Shown: positions 44,018 through 52,117, counted from the first letter of the stretch. The stretch is 52,117 bases of DNA from an uncultured Bacillota bacterium (GCA_937907585.1 CALCVH010000063.1:1-52117); one strand, 5' to 3'. The notes: generated by a model not told the origin, from the sequence alone. Made by a program: numbers and translations.

Positions 44018-44071
44018 TTGACATCTTTTGTCAATTGTATTTTTAAAATAAATAAATACTTATTTATAAGT
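44018..44071. promoter_or_regulatory. two palindromes in the TetR/MFS divergent region (operator candidates)
   Basis: TTGACATCTTTTGTCAA (44018-44034) and ACTTATTTATAAGT (44058-44071). Confidence 0.5.
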
Positions 44072-44152
44072 TAAATGTAAAATCTAAATTTGTGTAGGAA
44101 AAAGATAATTTTATTGTATAATGAAAAGAGACTAATACAAGAGGAGTTAAAA

Positions 44153-45637
44153 ATGAAATTAAACGTTAAAAGAACAATGTGGATTGGCTTAGCGTTCTTT
44201 GGAATTCTACTCGTATGGCAGCTATACAATTCATATTGTGCACCTATGTTATCATTACTATTTGCGAAGCATGATTATGCTAGCGAAGTCGCAGCAGGCG
44301 AAGCTTTAGGCTATGTAACAATGAAAGATTTGTTAGCGCATGACATTATAAAAAAGGAACAATTTTTAGATATCCAATGGAAAGTTGGAATCATCATGGC
44401 TTTAGACAATATCGCTGCGCTATTCATAATGCCTATATTTGGTAACTTATCTGATAAAACAAAGACAAAACTCGGTAAGAGAACACCTTATATTTTAGTT
44501 GGATCAATCGTTACTGCGATAGCTTTACCATTTATACCACTATTCTTCTCTAAAGGTATGGGAAACAATGAAGGAGCTATTCTAGGATTCCTTATCGGTA
44601 TGATTGTAACTATGGTAATCATTATAGTATTTATGATGAGCTATCGTTCACCTGCGGTTGCGTTAATGCCTGACTTAACACCAAAACCATTAAGAAGTAA
44701 AGCCAACGGTTTAATAAACATTGTTGGATATGTTGGTGGCGCTATTGGTGCTGTATTCGCTATGGTTATTCCTGTTACTAAATATTTTGATGGATCAAAT
44801 AAATCATTATTTATGTTAGAAATACCATTTATAGTATGTTCATTATTCTTACTTGGTTCATTAGTATTATTACTATTTAAAGTTAAAGAAAATAAATTAC
44901 ATGAAGAATTAGATTCAGAATTAAAGTTATATGAAGATTCTGGTGAAACAGAAGAAGCTATCACAACCAGTGAAAAGATGAGTAAATCTAATATTAGAAA
45001 TTTAGCTTTAATATTAGTTGCGGAAGTATTCTGGTTCATGTCGTTAAACGCTATAGAAACTTTCCAAACTAACTACTTTATGTTCTACCTTGATACATCA
45101 TCATCAGGTGGTGCAGTAATGACTCTATTAAGTGGCGCCGCAAGTGTTGCGGGATTCTTAATCGCAGGATTAATCGCTGATAAACTCGGAAGAAAATGGA
45201 CAATATTCATTGGTATTTGTGTAGTTGCGTTAGGATATGTAATATATTCATTAATACCTGGAAGAGTTACCGATGACGATGCTATATTAACATTTGAACA
45301 ATCATTACCTTGGTTATTCTTTGTTTTAATGCCTATAATCGGCTTCGCTACATCATTAATTCATATCTGTTCATTCCCACTAGTTACAGATTATTGTACA
45401 GCTGATAAACTTGGAAAATTCACATCACTATACTATACTGCGTCAATGTTAGCTCAATCTACTACTCCAATTTTAATTGGACTAATCTTCAGAGCGACTG
45501 GTTGGAACGCACTTCCAATATATTCTGCAGTACTAATGGGTATCGCAGGATTAGTATTCTTCTTCGTTAAAGCTCCAAAAGGAGGAGATAGAAGCTCAAA
45601 CGCAAAAGGTTTAGAAGCCTTAGGAGCTGATGATTAA
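44153..45637 (+). CDS. MFS transporter (GPH/SLC45-like)
   Basis: Start trimmed to ATG 44153 (GAGGAG RBS). 12 hydrophobic segments. 'GNLSDKTKTKLGKRTPYIL' loop motif. Confidence 0.85.
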   Translation: MKLNVKRTMWIGLAFFGILLVWQLYNSYCAPMLSLLFAKHDYASEVAAGEALGYVTMKDLLAHDIIKKEQFLDIQWKVGIIMALDNIAALFIMPIFGNLSDKTKTKLGKRTPYILVGSIVTAIALPFIPLFFSKGMGNNEGAILGFLIGMIVTMVIIIVFMMSYRSPAVALMPDLTPKPLRSKANGLINIVGYVGGAIGAVFAMVIPVTKYFDGSNKSLFMLEIPFIVCSLFLLGSLVLLLFKVKENKLHEELDSELKLYEDSGETEEAITTSEKMSKSNIRNLALILVAEVFWFMSLNAIETFQTNYFMFYLDTSSSGGAVMTLLSGAASVAGFLIAGLIADKLGRKWTIFIGICVVALGYVIYSLIPGRVTDDDAILTFEQSLPWLFFVLMPIIGFATSLIHICSFPLVTDYCTADKLGKFTSLYYTASMLAQSTTPILIGLIFRATGWNALPIYSAVLMGIAGLVFFFVKAPKGGDRSSNAKGLEALGADD

Positions 45638-45647
45638 TAATTAATAG

Positions 45648-45665
45648 AAGGGCGTATGCCCTTTT
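45648..45665 (+). terminator. intrinsic terminator after the MFS gene
   Basis: AAGGGC / GTAT loop / GCCCTT followed by TT. Confidence 0.6.
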
Positions 45666-45678
45666 ATAATGTAAATAT

Positions 45679-46575
45679 ATGAATAAATATCCATTAGATA
45701 AAGAATTAAAATTTTTAAGACATTTTAATGCGCCAGTTGGTAGAGGATTTCTACCAATTGGATCTTTTATATTAAAGATATGTCCAAAAGGTTTTAATAA
45801 AAGAAAAGTTAATATTAAGGAAATAAAAATAGATAAATTTAAAATTATAATTGTTACACCTCTTGAACTATTAAATGAAGTATCACCATGCCTCTTTTAT
45901 ATACATGGTGGAGGATTTATGTATAGATCGTTTCCTGGTCATTATCATTTAATGGAAGAATACGCTATTCAATCTAGATCAAAGGTTATAGGAATAGATT
46001 ATAACCTTTCACCTAAACATCCATTCCCACATCAAATTAATGAATGTATAAAAGCGTATAAGTATATATTAGATAATAAAGAAATATTAAAAATAGATAC
46101 AAATAATATCGTTATAGGTGGAGATTCTGCGGGTGCATCACTTGCGATGGATACTTTATTAAAAATAGAAGAATCAAATCTACCAAAAATAAAAAGTCTA
46201 TTTTTAATTTATCCTGTAGTTGATAACAGAGGAAATACAGAATCAATTAAAAGATTTACTGATACACCTGGGTGGAATTCTATTAATAATAAAGTAATGT
46301 GGGAATATTATCTAAATGGTAAAGATTATAAAACACCACTTTTAAGGATTGATGAATTTAATATAAAGAATCTATATATAGAACTGGCAGAATATGATTG
46401 TCTTCATGATGAAGGATTAGAATTATTTAATGCATTATCAGAGAAGACAGAAGTTAAAATATTAAATGAAACTAATAATACTTTCCACGCTTATGACTTC
46501 AACAAAAAAGCAAAAATAACCATAGATTCTTTAAATAAAAGAATAGAATTCTTAAAATTATCATTTAATGATTAA
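45679..46575 (+). CDS. alpha/beta hydrolase, hormone-sensitive-lipase-type esterase
   Basis: Oxyanion 'HGGGF' and nucleophile elbow 'GDSAG'. Confidence 0.85.
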   Translation: MNKYPLDKELKFLRHFNAPVGRGFLPIGSFILKICPKGFNKRKVNIKEIKIDKFKIIIVTPLELLNEVSPCLFYIHGGGFMYRSFPGHYHLMEEYAIQSRSKVIGIDYNLSPKHPFPHQINECIKAYKYILDNKEILKIDTNNIVIGGDSAGASLAMDTLLKIEESNLPKIKSLFLIYPVVDNRGNTESIKRFTDTPGWNSINNKVMWEYYLNGKDYKTPLLRIDEFNIKNLYIELAEYDCLHDEGLELFNALSEKTEVKILNETNNTFHAYDFNKKAKITIDSLNKRIEFLKLSFND

Positions 46576-46749
46576 TGCGGTTTCGTGGTGGAACGCTCAA
46601 AAAACCTCAAATGATTAAGAAAATAATACAGTTTCTAATTAAAAATAGTGTTTTTGATGAGAAAACATTTACTTATTATTCAATTAATAATTGATTTTTA
46701 TCCCCAAAAGTTATATAATTGGTGCGTAAATAACAAGGATGGTGAGAAA

Positions 46750-47796
46750 ATGAAAACATTTAATTACTCAAACTTAAAAAATAAAACATGGGATATTAAG
46801 ATAATTAATTATTTGACTCAAATCCATGAAGAAAAAGGCAAACAACAATTGTTTTTAAAACAAAAGCATGAAGAATTAGAAAAATTAGTTATTATCGCAA
46901 AAATACAAAGTACTGAATCATCTAATGAAATTGAAGGCATTAGAACAACTAATACTAGACTAAGACAATTAATAAATGAAAAAACAGCTCCTAAAAACAG
47001 AGCTGAAGAAGAAATTGCAGGATATAGAGATGCTTTAAATATTGTACATGAAAATTTTGATTCAATACCTATTACACCTAATTTTATTCTTCAATTACAT
47101 AAAGTATTGTTGTCTCATACATCAACTTCATTTGGTGGAAAATATAAGAATGTCCAAAATTATATTAGTGCGACTGATGAAAATGGTAAGTCATTTACTT
47201 TATTTACACCATTATCACCATCTGAAACACCAACTGCAATGCAAGAATTATGTGATGAATACAATAGAGCTCTTGGTGAAGGAATAGTAGATCCACTAAT
47301 TTTAATTCCATTATTCATTCATGACTTTTTATGTATTCATCCATTTATTGATGGGAACGGAAGAATGTCTAGATTATTAACAACACTGCTTTTATATCGT
47401 TCTGGTTACTATGTAGGAAAGTATATATCACTTGAGGCTAAAATAGCTAAGAATAAAGATTTATATTATGATGCATTATATGATTCTCAAATTGGATGGC
47501 ACGAAAATGAAGATGACGCTACGCCATTTATAAAATATTTGTTAAGTACGATTGTTAGTGCATATAATGATTTTGAAGAAAGAGTAGAATTAGTATCCGA
47601 TAAGAAGCCTAGTATTGAAGTGATTAGAATGGCAGTTAATTCAAAACTAGGAAAATTTACAAAGAGAGATATACTAGAACTTGTGCCTTCATTATCATCA
47701 ACTAGTATTGAAAGAAATTTAAAAGAATTATGTGATACAGGTGAAATAAAAAAAGAAGGTGTTGGCAAATCAACATACTATATTAGATTAAAGTAA
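46750..47796 (+). CDS. Fic family protein (class II type, N-terminal inhibitory motif, C-terminal winged HTH)
   Basis: Start trimmed to ATG 46750. Canonical 'HPFIDGNGRMSR'. 'SNEIEG' matches the (S/T)xxxE(G/N) inhibitory motif. The C-terminal 'TSIERNLKELCDTGEIKKEGVGKSTYY' is the winged HTH. Confidence 0.85.
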   Translation: MKTFNYSNLKNKTWDIKIINYLTQIHEEKGKQQLFLKQKHEELEKLVIIAKIQSTESSNEIEGIRTTNTRLRQLINEKTAPKNRAEEEIAGYRDALNIVHENFDSIPITPNFILQLHKVLLSHTSTSFGGKYKNVQNYISATDENGKSFTLFTPLSPSETPTAMQELCDEYNRALGEGIVDPLILIPLFIHDFLCIHPFIDGNGRMSRLLTTLLLYRSGYYVGKYISLEAKIAKNKDLYYDALYDSQIGWHENEDDATPFIKYLLSTIVSAYNDFEERVELVSDKKPSIEVIRMAVNSKLGKFTKRDILELVPSLSSTSIERNLKELCDTGEIKKEGVGKSTYYIRLK

Positions 47797-47908
47797 TAAC
47801 ATTAACTTTTTGTATTAAATCTGTTTTAAATAATTTACTCTTATAAAATATGCGTATACTAATAAATTGGTTTTAGATGGTATAGCACTATATTGTATTA
47901 AAGAATAT

Positions 47909-47942
47909 TAGATTAGAGTAAAATCTAGTCTATTATTTTTTT
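47909..47942 (+). terminator. intrinsic terminator after the Fic gene
   Basis: TAGATTAGA (47909-47917) / TCTAGTCTA (47924-47932), a 9-bp stem with one G-U pair, then TTATTTTTTT. Confidence 0.7.
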
Positions 47943-48060
47943 GGAGTTCAAATATATGAAAAAAATGACAAACTAAAACTTTTGTTTATCAAACCATACG
48001 AGAATACCCCATCCTCTTTAGGCTGGGGATGAAAATCGGATATAAATAACTAATATGTTC

Positions 48061-48089
48061 TTGAAAACAATTATATTATTTAGTATAAT
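48061..48089 (+). promoter_or_regulatory. promoter of the AbrB/ABC operon
   Basis: TTGAAA (48061-48066), 17-nt spacer, TATAAT (48084-48089). Confidence 0.65.
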
Positions 48090-48142
48090 AAGAAATGTAA
48101 GAAAATTCTTTTTTGTAGGAATATATAAAAGGAGAAAAAGAT

Positions 48143-48364
48143 ATGAAAGATATTAAAGAGGATAGATTTATAGTGAGTGTTAAAGTTGGACCAAAAGGAC
48201 AAATAACAGTACCAGCTGAAGCTAGAAAGATGTTTGAAATTAAAGAGGGTGATACTTTAATGGTAATGGGTGATATTAAAAGAGGAATAGCCTTAATTAA
48301 AGATACTGAATTTTACAAATTAATGGGAGCTATGTTTAATAATGGAAAAGGCGATCAGAATTAA
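48143..48364 (+). CDS. AbrB/MazE/SpoVT family DNA-binding protein
   Basis: 'VKVGPKGQITVPAEARKMFEIKEGDTLMV' is a swapped-hairpin SpoVT-AbrB motif. Confidence 0.85.
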   Translation: MKDIKEDRFIVSVKVGPKGQITVPAEARKMFEIKEGDTLMVMGDIKRGIALIKDTEFYKLMGAMFNNGKGDQN

Positions 48365-49073
48365 TAATTTAACAAAAATATATAAAGATATTGTTGCGGT
48401 AGATAATTTAAATTTAGAAATATATGAAGGAGAATTATTTTCTCTTCTTGGAGTTAATGGTGCTGGTAAAACAACAACTATAAAGATGTTATCTGGTTTA
48501 ACTATAGCTTCATCAGGTGAAGCTTATATACATGATTATTCAATTAATAAAGATATTGATAAAATAAAAGAATTAATTGATATATCAATGCAAGAAACAG
48601 CTATAGCTAGAAAATTAACTGTTGAAGAAAATATTGAGTTTTATGCAAAGTTATCAGGTCAAACAGTTGATGAAATAAAAGAATCTAAGGAAAGATTATA
48701 TAAAGCTTTTGAACTTGATAAAGTTCTCAAGAAGAAAGCTTCAAATCTTTCAGGAGGATGGCAAAGAAAATTATCAATTGCGCTTGCATTAGTATCAAAA
48801 CCTAAAGTTCTATTTTTAGATGAACCAACACTTGGGCTTGATGTTATAGCGAGAAGAGAACTATGGAAAATAATAAATGAACTTAAAGGAAAAATGACTA
48901 TCATTTTAACTACCCATTATATGGAAGAAGCTGAAGCTTTATCTGATAGAATTGGTATTATGAAAGATGGAAAATTACTATTTGTCGGAACAAAAGAAGA
49001 ACTATATTCAAAAACAAATAAAACAAATGTAGAAGATGCCTTTATTGAGGTTGTTTCAGGAGGTAGCTTGTAA
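48342..49073 (+). CDS. ABC transporter ATP-binding protein
   Basis: Walker A 'GVNGAGKTT', signature 'LSGGWQRKL', Walker B 'LFLDEPTLGLD'. Confidence 0.9.
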   Translation: MEKAIRINNLTKIYKDIVAVDNLNLEIYEGELFSLLGVNGAGKTTTIKMLSGLTIASSGEAYIHDYSINKDIDKIKELIDISMQETAIARKLTVEENIEFYAKLSGQTVDEIKESKERLYKAFELDKVLKKKASNLSGGWQRKLSIALALVSKPKVLFLDEPTLGLDVIARRELWKIINELKGKMTIILTTHYMEEAEALSDRIGIMKDGKLLFVGTKEELYSKTNKTNVEDAFIEVVSGGSL

Positions 49074-49825
49074 TGAAAGATTCAATATCTAGAATACTTG
49101 TTTTAACTAAAAGAAATCTAAAAGAAATCTTAAGAGATCCTTTGTCTTTAATCTTTACTTTAGGCATGCCGCTATTTATGGAAATATTATTTTATTTAAT
49201 ATTTCATAGTTTAACTAAGCAGTTTGAAATGAAATATTTAGCACCAGGAATAGTGGTATTTGCAGAAAGTTTCTTATCTTTGTTTGTTGGCTTATTAATT
49301 GCATTAGATAGATCAACATCATTTTTAACAAGATTATATGTTTCTAAAGCTAAATCATATGAATTTATATTTTCATATGCAATCGCAATGCTTCCTATTG
49401 TTTTAGTTCAATCAATATTATTTTTCTTGGTTGGTGGAATATTTGATTCATCTATTTTTGGTGTAGGAATGGTCTTAGCAATTTTATTTAGTCTTATTAC
49501 ATCCTTATTTTTCATTTCTATTGGAATACTTCTTGGTACAGTCTGCAGTGAAAAATCTATTGGTGGTATCTCATCAATAGTCATTGCTGGACAATCAGTA
49601 TTATCTGGAATGTGGTTTCCAGTTGAAGGCTTAAATGAAGGGATTATTACTTTTATGAAAATATTGCCATTTAAAAACGCTACAATTCTTATTCAAAATA
49701 TGATCTTAGGAGTTAATGATTCATTTAATGATTTTCTATTACCTTTATTAATAGTATTAGCGTATACAGTAGTTTCATTTGTTGTAGCAATAATACTATT
49801 TAAAAGAAAAATGAAATCTAGATAA
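49073..49825 (+). CDS. ABC-2 type transporter permease
   Basis: Start overlaps the ATPase stop (TAATG). Six hydrophobic segments. Confidence 0.85.
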   Translation: MKDSISRILVLTKRNLKEILRDPLSLIFTLGMPLFMEILFYLIFHSLTKQFEMKYLAPGIVVFAESFLSLFVGLLIALDRSTSFLTRLYVSKAKSYEFIFSYAIAMLPIVLVQSILFFLVGGIFDSSIFGVGMVLAILFSLITSLFFISIGILLGTVCSEKSIGGISSIVIAGQSVLSGMWFPVEGLNEGIITFMKILPFKNATILIQNMILGVNDSFNDFLLPLLIVLAYTVVSFVVAIILFKRKMKSR

Positions 49826-49918
49826 TAACATCATTATAGTATTTGGATTATTCCATCAGGTGAAGTGATATATAACAAAATGTACTTTTATTAATGCTGT
49901 AGTTCATAAAAGAACTAG

Positions 49919-49957
49919 AATTGTGATACGAGGAATCGGTCACAATTTTTTGTTTTT
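49919..49957 (+). terminator. intrinsic terminator after the ABC-2 operon
   Basis: ATTGTGA (49920-49926) / TCACAAT (49940-49946) followed by TTTTTGTTTTT. Confidence 0.65.
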
Positions 49958-50031
49958 AGGGGGTAAAAATATTAACCACTTTATTACCCGTTTATTCTTA
50001 TTTTATTAACCACGTTAAGATAATTAAACAC

Positions 50032-50060
50032 TTGAAAATGTGTATCAAATGTGATACAAT
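50032..50060 (+). promoter_or_regulatory. promoter with embedded palindromic operator for the DinJ-like/Fic operon
   Basis: TTGAAA (50032-50037), 17-nt spacer, TACAAT (50055-50060). Inverted repeat TGTATCA (50041-50047) / TGATACA (50052-50058) overlaps the -10. Confidence 0.7.
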
Positions 50061-50079
50061 ATTTTAGGAGATGATAGAT

Positions 50080-50412
50080 ATGCCTAAAGAAAATAAAAAC
50101 GAACTGATTCACATTAGAATAGAGCCAACAGTGAAAGAAAAGTCAGAAAATATTTTTAATAAGCTCGGAATTAATATGTCTTATGCTGTATCTTTATTTT
50201 TAAATCAAGTAATACTTAAAAATGGCTTTCCTTTTAATGTGGAATTGCCAAAAGTTAACGAAACTGAATTGGAATCTTTAGCTAAAATAATTGAATCAAC
50301 TGGTGGTAATGGAGTAGTAAGTGAAAAGAATCAAAAAATAATTCATTTGTATTCATTAGGCGAAATTGACTATGAGACGGCTGTATTTGCTATAAAGAGG
50401 AGTTTTATGTAA
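50080..50412 (+). CDS. RelB/DinJ family antitoxin-like protein with C-terminal extension
   Basis: ATG 50080 is preferred (AGGAG 9 nt upstream). 'IHIRIEPTVKEKSENIFNKLGINMSYAVSLFLNQVI' is a ribbon-helix-helix of DinJ type. Confidence 0.8.
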   Translation: MPKENKNELIHIRIEPTVKEKSENIFNKLGINMSYAVSLFLNQVILKNGFPFNVELPKVNETELESLAKIIESTGGNGVVSEKNQKIIHLYSLGEIDYETAVFAIKRSFM

Positions 50413-50414
50413 TT

Positions 50415-51110
50415 ATGAAAGATCCTTATGTATATGAAGGTACTAATGTACTAATCAATTTAGCAAATATTAAGGAACAAGATAAACTTGATAATTTTGA
50501 AACGACTTTATCACGTGTCGCAATCGTAGAATTATTAAAAAACCCTATTAATATAACTTCAACAAAAGATATATTTGAAATTCATAAAAGATTGTTTAAA
50601 GAAGTATATTCTTGGGCAGGAAACCCTAGAACAATAAACATTTATAAAACAGAACCGGTTCTTGGAGGCTTATCTGTCAATTATTCTGATCATAATCAAA
50701 TTATGAAAGATTTAAACAAAATTCAAAATGATATTGATTCAGTTGATTGGGTAAATAGTAGTAAAAAAGATATAATATCAAAAGTTGTTAGGGTTATATC
50801 TAGTTTATGGCAAGTACATGCTTTTAGAGAAGGCAATACAAGAACTATCTGTCTATATTTATATTTTTTTATGAAGAAATACAACTTGAAGCTTAATGTT
50901 GATTTTATTGGGGAACATTCAAAATTTTTTAGAAATGCGCTTGTGCTTGCTTCAATAGGAGAATATAGTGAATATGAACATTTAGAAATGATATTATCAG
51001 ATGCTATAAGTTTAAAGAAAATAATAAATGGTGAATCAAAATATCAAACAATAAAAGATTATAATCTAGAAAAATATGAATATAATTATCATCATTTGAA
51101 GAAAGATTAA
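50415..51110 (+). CDS. Fic/Doc family protein with a non-canonical active-site motif
   Basis: 2 nt after the antitoxin stop. 'YVYEGTNVLINLANI' N-terminus of the short Fic class. Motif 'HAFREGNTRTIC' in place of HxFx(D/E)GNGRxxR. Confidence 0.8.
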   Translation: MKDPYVYEGTNVLINLANIKEQDKLDNFETTLSRVAIVELLKNPINITSTKDIFEIHKRLFKEVYSWAGNPRTINIYKTEPVLGGLSVNYSDHNQIMKDLNKIQNDIDSVDWVNSSKKDIISKVVRVISSLWQVHAFREGNTRTICLYLYFFMKKYNLKLNVDFIGEHSKFFRNALVLASIGEYSEYEHLEMILSDAISLKKIINGESKYQTIKDYNLEKYEYNYHHLKKD

Positions 51111-51156
51111 TTATTATTGTGTTATATCAAGAAGGGAATTGATGGAGGAACTATAA

Positions 51157-51310
51157 ATGGACGCAAGAGCAAGTAATATAATAAGATTTATTGATGGAAA
51201 TGATAAAAATTTATAATTCCCATATATCAAAGACCTTACAGTTGGAAAAGAACAAATTGTAAGCAATTATTAAAGATTTAGTTGCTGAATATAAAAACAA
51301 TTATCTAACA
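51157..51310 (+). pseudogene. frameshifted, truncated 5' fragment of a DUF262 (GmrSD/ParB-nuclease-like N-terminal domain) gene
   Basis: Frame 1 reads 'MDARASNIIRFIDGNDKNL*'. The next frame reads 'PIYQRPYSWK..CKQLLK'. A third frame reads 'DLVAEYKNNYL'. Together these reconstruct the DUF262 N-terminal hallmark. Nothing downstream continues it. Confidence 0.7.
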
Positions 51311-51364
51311 TATTTTTTTCTAAGCTTAGCGTATGTGGAAGCAGTAGTATGTTATTTGTCTCCT

Positions 51365-51390
51365 AGCCTTAAAGGCGGAGGCTTTTTCTT
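51365..51390 (+). terminator. terminator-like hairpin
   Basis: AGCCT (51365-51369) / AGGCT (51378-51382) followed by TTTTTCTT. Confidence 0.4.
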
Positions 51391-51394
51391 ATTA

Positions 51395-51440
51395 CACGAA
51401 AGGGTGTTTCGAGGGTGTTTCAAAATTTAAGGGGTGTTTC
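51395..51440 (+). repeat. three copies of GGGTGTTTC
   Basis: Copies at 51402-51410, 51413-51421 and 51432-51440. The first is preceded by CACGAAAG (51395-51402). Confidence 0.8.
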
Positions 51441-51542
51441 ATTTGTATTACCACACTTGTTCTTATACATATTGAAACAACTGTGTTGATACGAGATTTC
51501 TATCTCAAATCAGCACTTTTTCTTTATTTTTAGGCATTTTTG

Positions 51543-51560
51543 GTAGGGTTCAAGTCCCGT
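51543..51560 (+). other. tRNA T-arm/3'-end-like fragment (not an intact tRNA)
   Basis: GGTTCAAGTCC at 51547-51557. No acceptor, D or anticodon arms could be folded from the upstream sequence. Confidence 0.4.
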
Positions 51561-51615
51561 ATTAATCAAATTGCCTAATTTTTATTGGCTCAAAATTAGC
51601 ATCAATTGTGTATTA

Positions 51616-51655
51616 CCACGAAAGGTCTTGAAAAACCACGAAAGCACCACGAAAG
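51616..51655 (+). repeat. three copies of CCACGAAAG
   Basis: Copies at 51616-51624, 51636-51644 and 51647-51655. Related ATTACCAC words occur at 51447 and 51612. Confidence 0.8.
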
Positions 51656-51716
51656 CTCTCTAATTACCATTTTAAATTAGAAGGATACTACCATAAAGAA
51701 CATGCAAAAATACTAA

Positions 51717-51926
51717 GTGATATTGATAACGCTAAAAAAGCAATTAGAAAAGAGACGACTTCAAGCCGATTATATTAGAGCATTTATAGTCGAGCTTGAC
51801 TCAAAGCCTAATTTAATTGAAGAATATGATATTGATATTAGGTCATATTTAATTGAAAAAGCAATAGTAAATCAAGATGGAAGCATCACGTTCATTTTCA
51901 ATAACGGAAAAGAAATTAAAATTTAA
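51717..51926 (+). pseudogene. C-terminal remnant of a large serine recombinase
   Basis: '..YLIEKAIVNQDGSITFIFNNGKEIKI*' matches the typical extreme C-terminus of Bacillota large serine recombinases. The upstream coiled-coil-like part ('YHKEHAKILSDIDNAKKAIRKE') is in another frame. No catalytic domain is present. Confidence 0.55.
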
Positions 51927-52062
51927 ACTGCGCAGTTTTTGATAGTACAGTAGAGACACCAGTGCATTCTTCTTGCTTTGGCGTTTTTTCTTTACAAAAA
52001 TATCTCAAGATAGTAGGCAAAATTAGTTCTATATAGTACAATATATTAAGAGGTGAGAATAT

Positions 52063-52117
52063 ATGGTCGTTTGCATTAAAGACAAAATCAAAAATATTAA
52101 CGCTGTCATTGGATGTA
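52063..52117 (+). CDS. 5' end of an unidentified ORF running off the window
   Basis: AGAGGTGAG RBS 6 nt before ATG 52063. Only 18 codons are visible ('MVVCIKDKIKNINAVIGC'). Confidence 0.35.
   Translation, partial: MVVCIKDKIKNINAVIGC

Noticed and set aside
51470-51562. Intact tRNA gene ending at the GGTTCAAGTCC string
   Set aside because: I could not fold acceptor, D or anticodon arms from the upstream ~70 nt. The T-stem itself pairs only 3 bp, so only a fragment is called.

Overview
AT-rich, standard-code (TGA used as a stop) Bacillota-like chromosomal segment, with nearly all genes on the + strand. Two parts. (1) 228-20888 is a Gram-positive glycan-utilisation locus. It holds a Gfo/Idh/MocA oxidoreductase, a 1071-aa GH-like lipoprotein and a sugar ABC importer (lipoprotein SBP plus 2 permeases). 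It also holds a nucleoside-hydrolase-fold protein, an 1874-aa surface protein built from 6 CBM-like and 7 Ig/X2-like modules, a 790-aa cytoplasmic GH-like protein, a divergent AraC regulator, GH3 and GH43. (2) 20889-52117 is a mosaic accessory or defence-type island. Two paralogous AAA+/DUF4143 ATPases, each preceded by a 32-33 bp periodic repeat array, bracket an XRE module, an AlbA_2/Schlafen-type protein and an IS3 transposase remnant. Next come an ArsB/NhaD permease with a secreted HAD lipoprotein, and an HTH-DUF3990 / DUF3791-pyrophosphatase-like gene pair. A self-contained three-gene operon follows (DUF4238 protein, coiled-coil protein, multi-TM protein); I consider it the best candidate for an undescribed (defence-like) system. 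Then comes a small HTH gene and a phage-like DNA/nucleotide cluster: Cys/His protein, nrdG, short nrdD, metallophosphoesterase, dNMP-kinase-like, a BspA-LRR::Type-III-Mod-like methyltransferase fusion, and a DEDDh exonuclease-BRCT protein. A (TA)9 tract sits in a candidate promoter spacer upstream of that cluster. The rest is TetR/MFS, an esterase, a class-II Fic protein, an AbrB + ABC-2 exporter operon and a DinJ-like/Fic pair with a degenerate Fic motif. The right end carries decay scars: a frameshifted DUF262 fragment, a tRNA 3'-end-like fragment, short-motif arrays and a serine-recombinase C-terminal remnant. No rRNA, intact tRNA or CRISPR array was recognised. All family assignments come from motif recognition by eye, not from searches.
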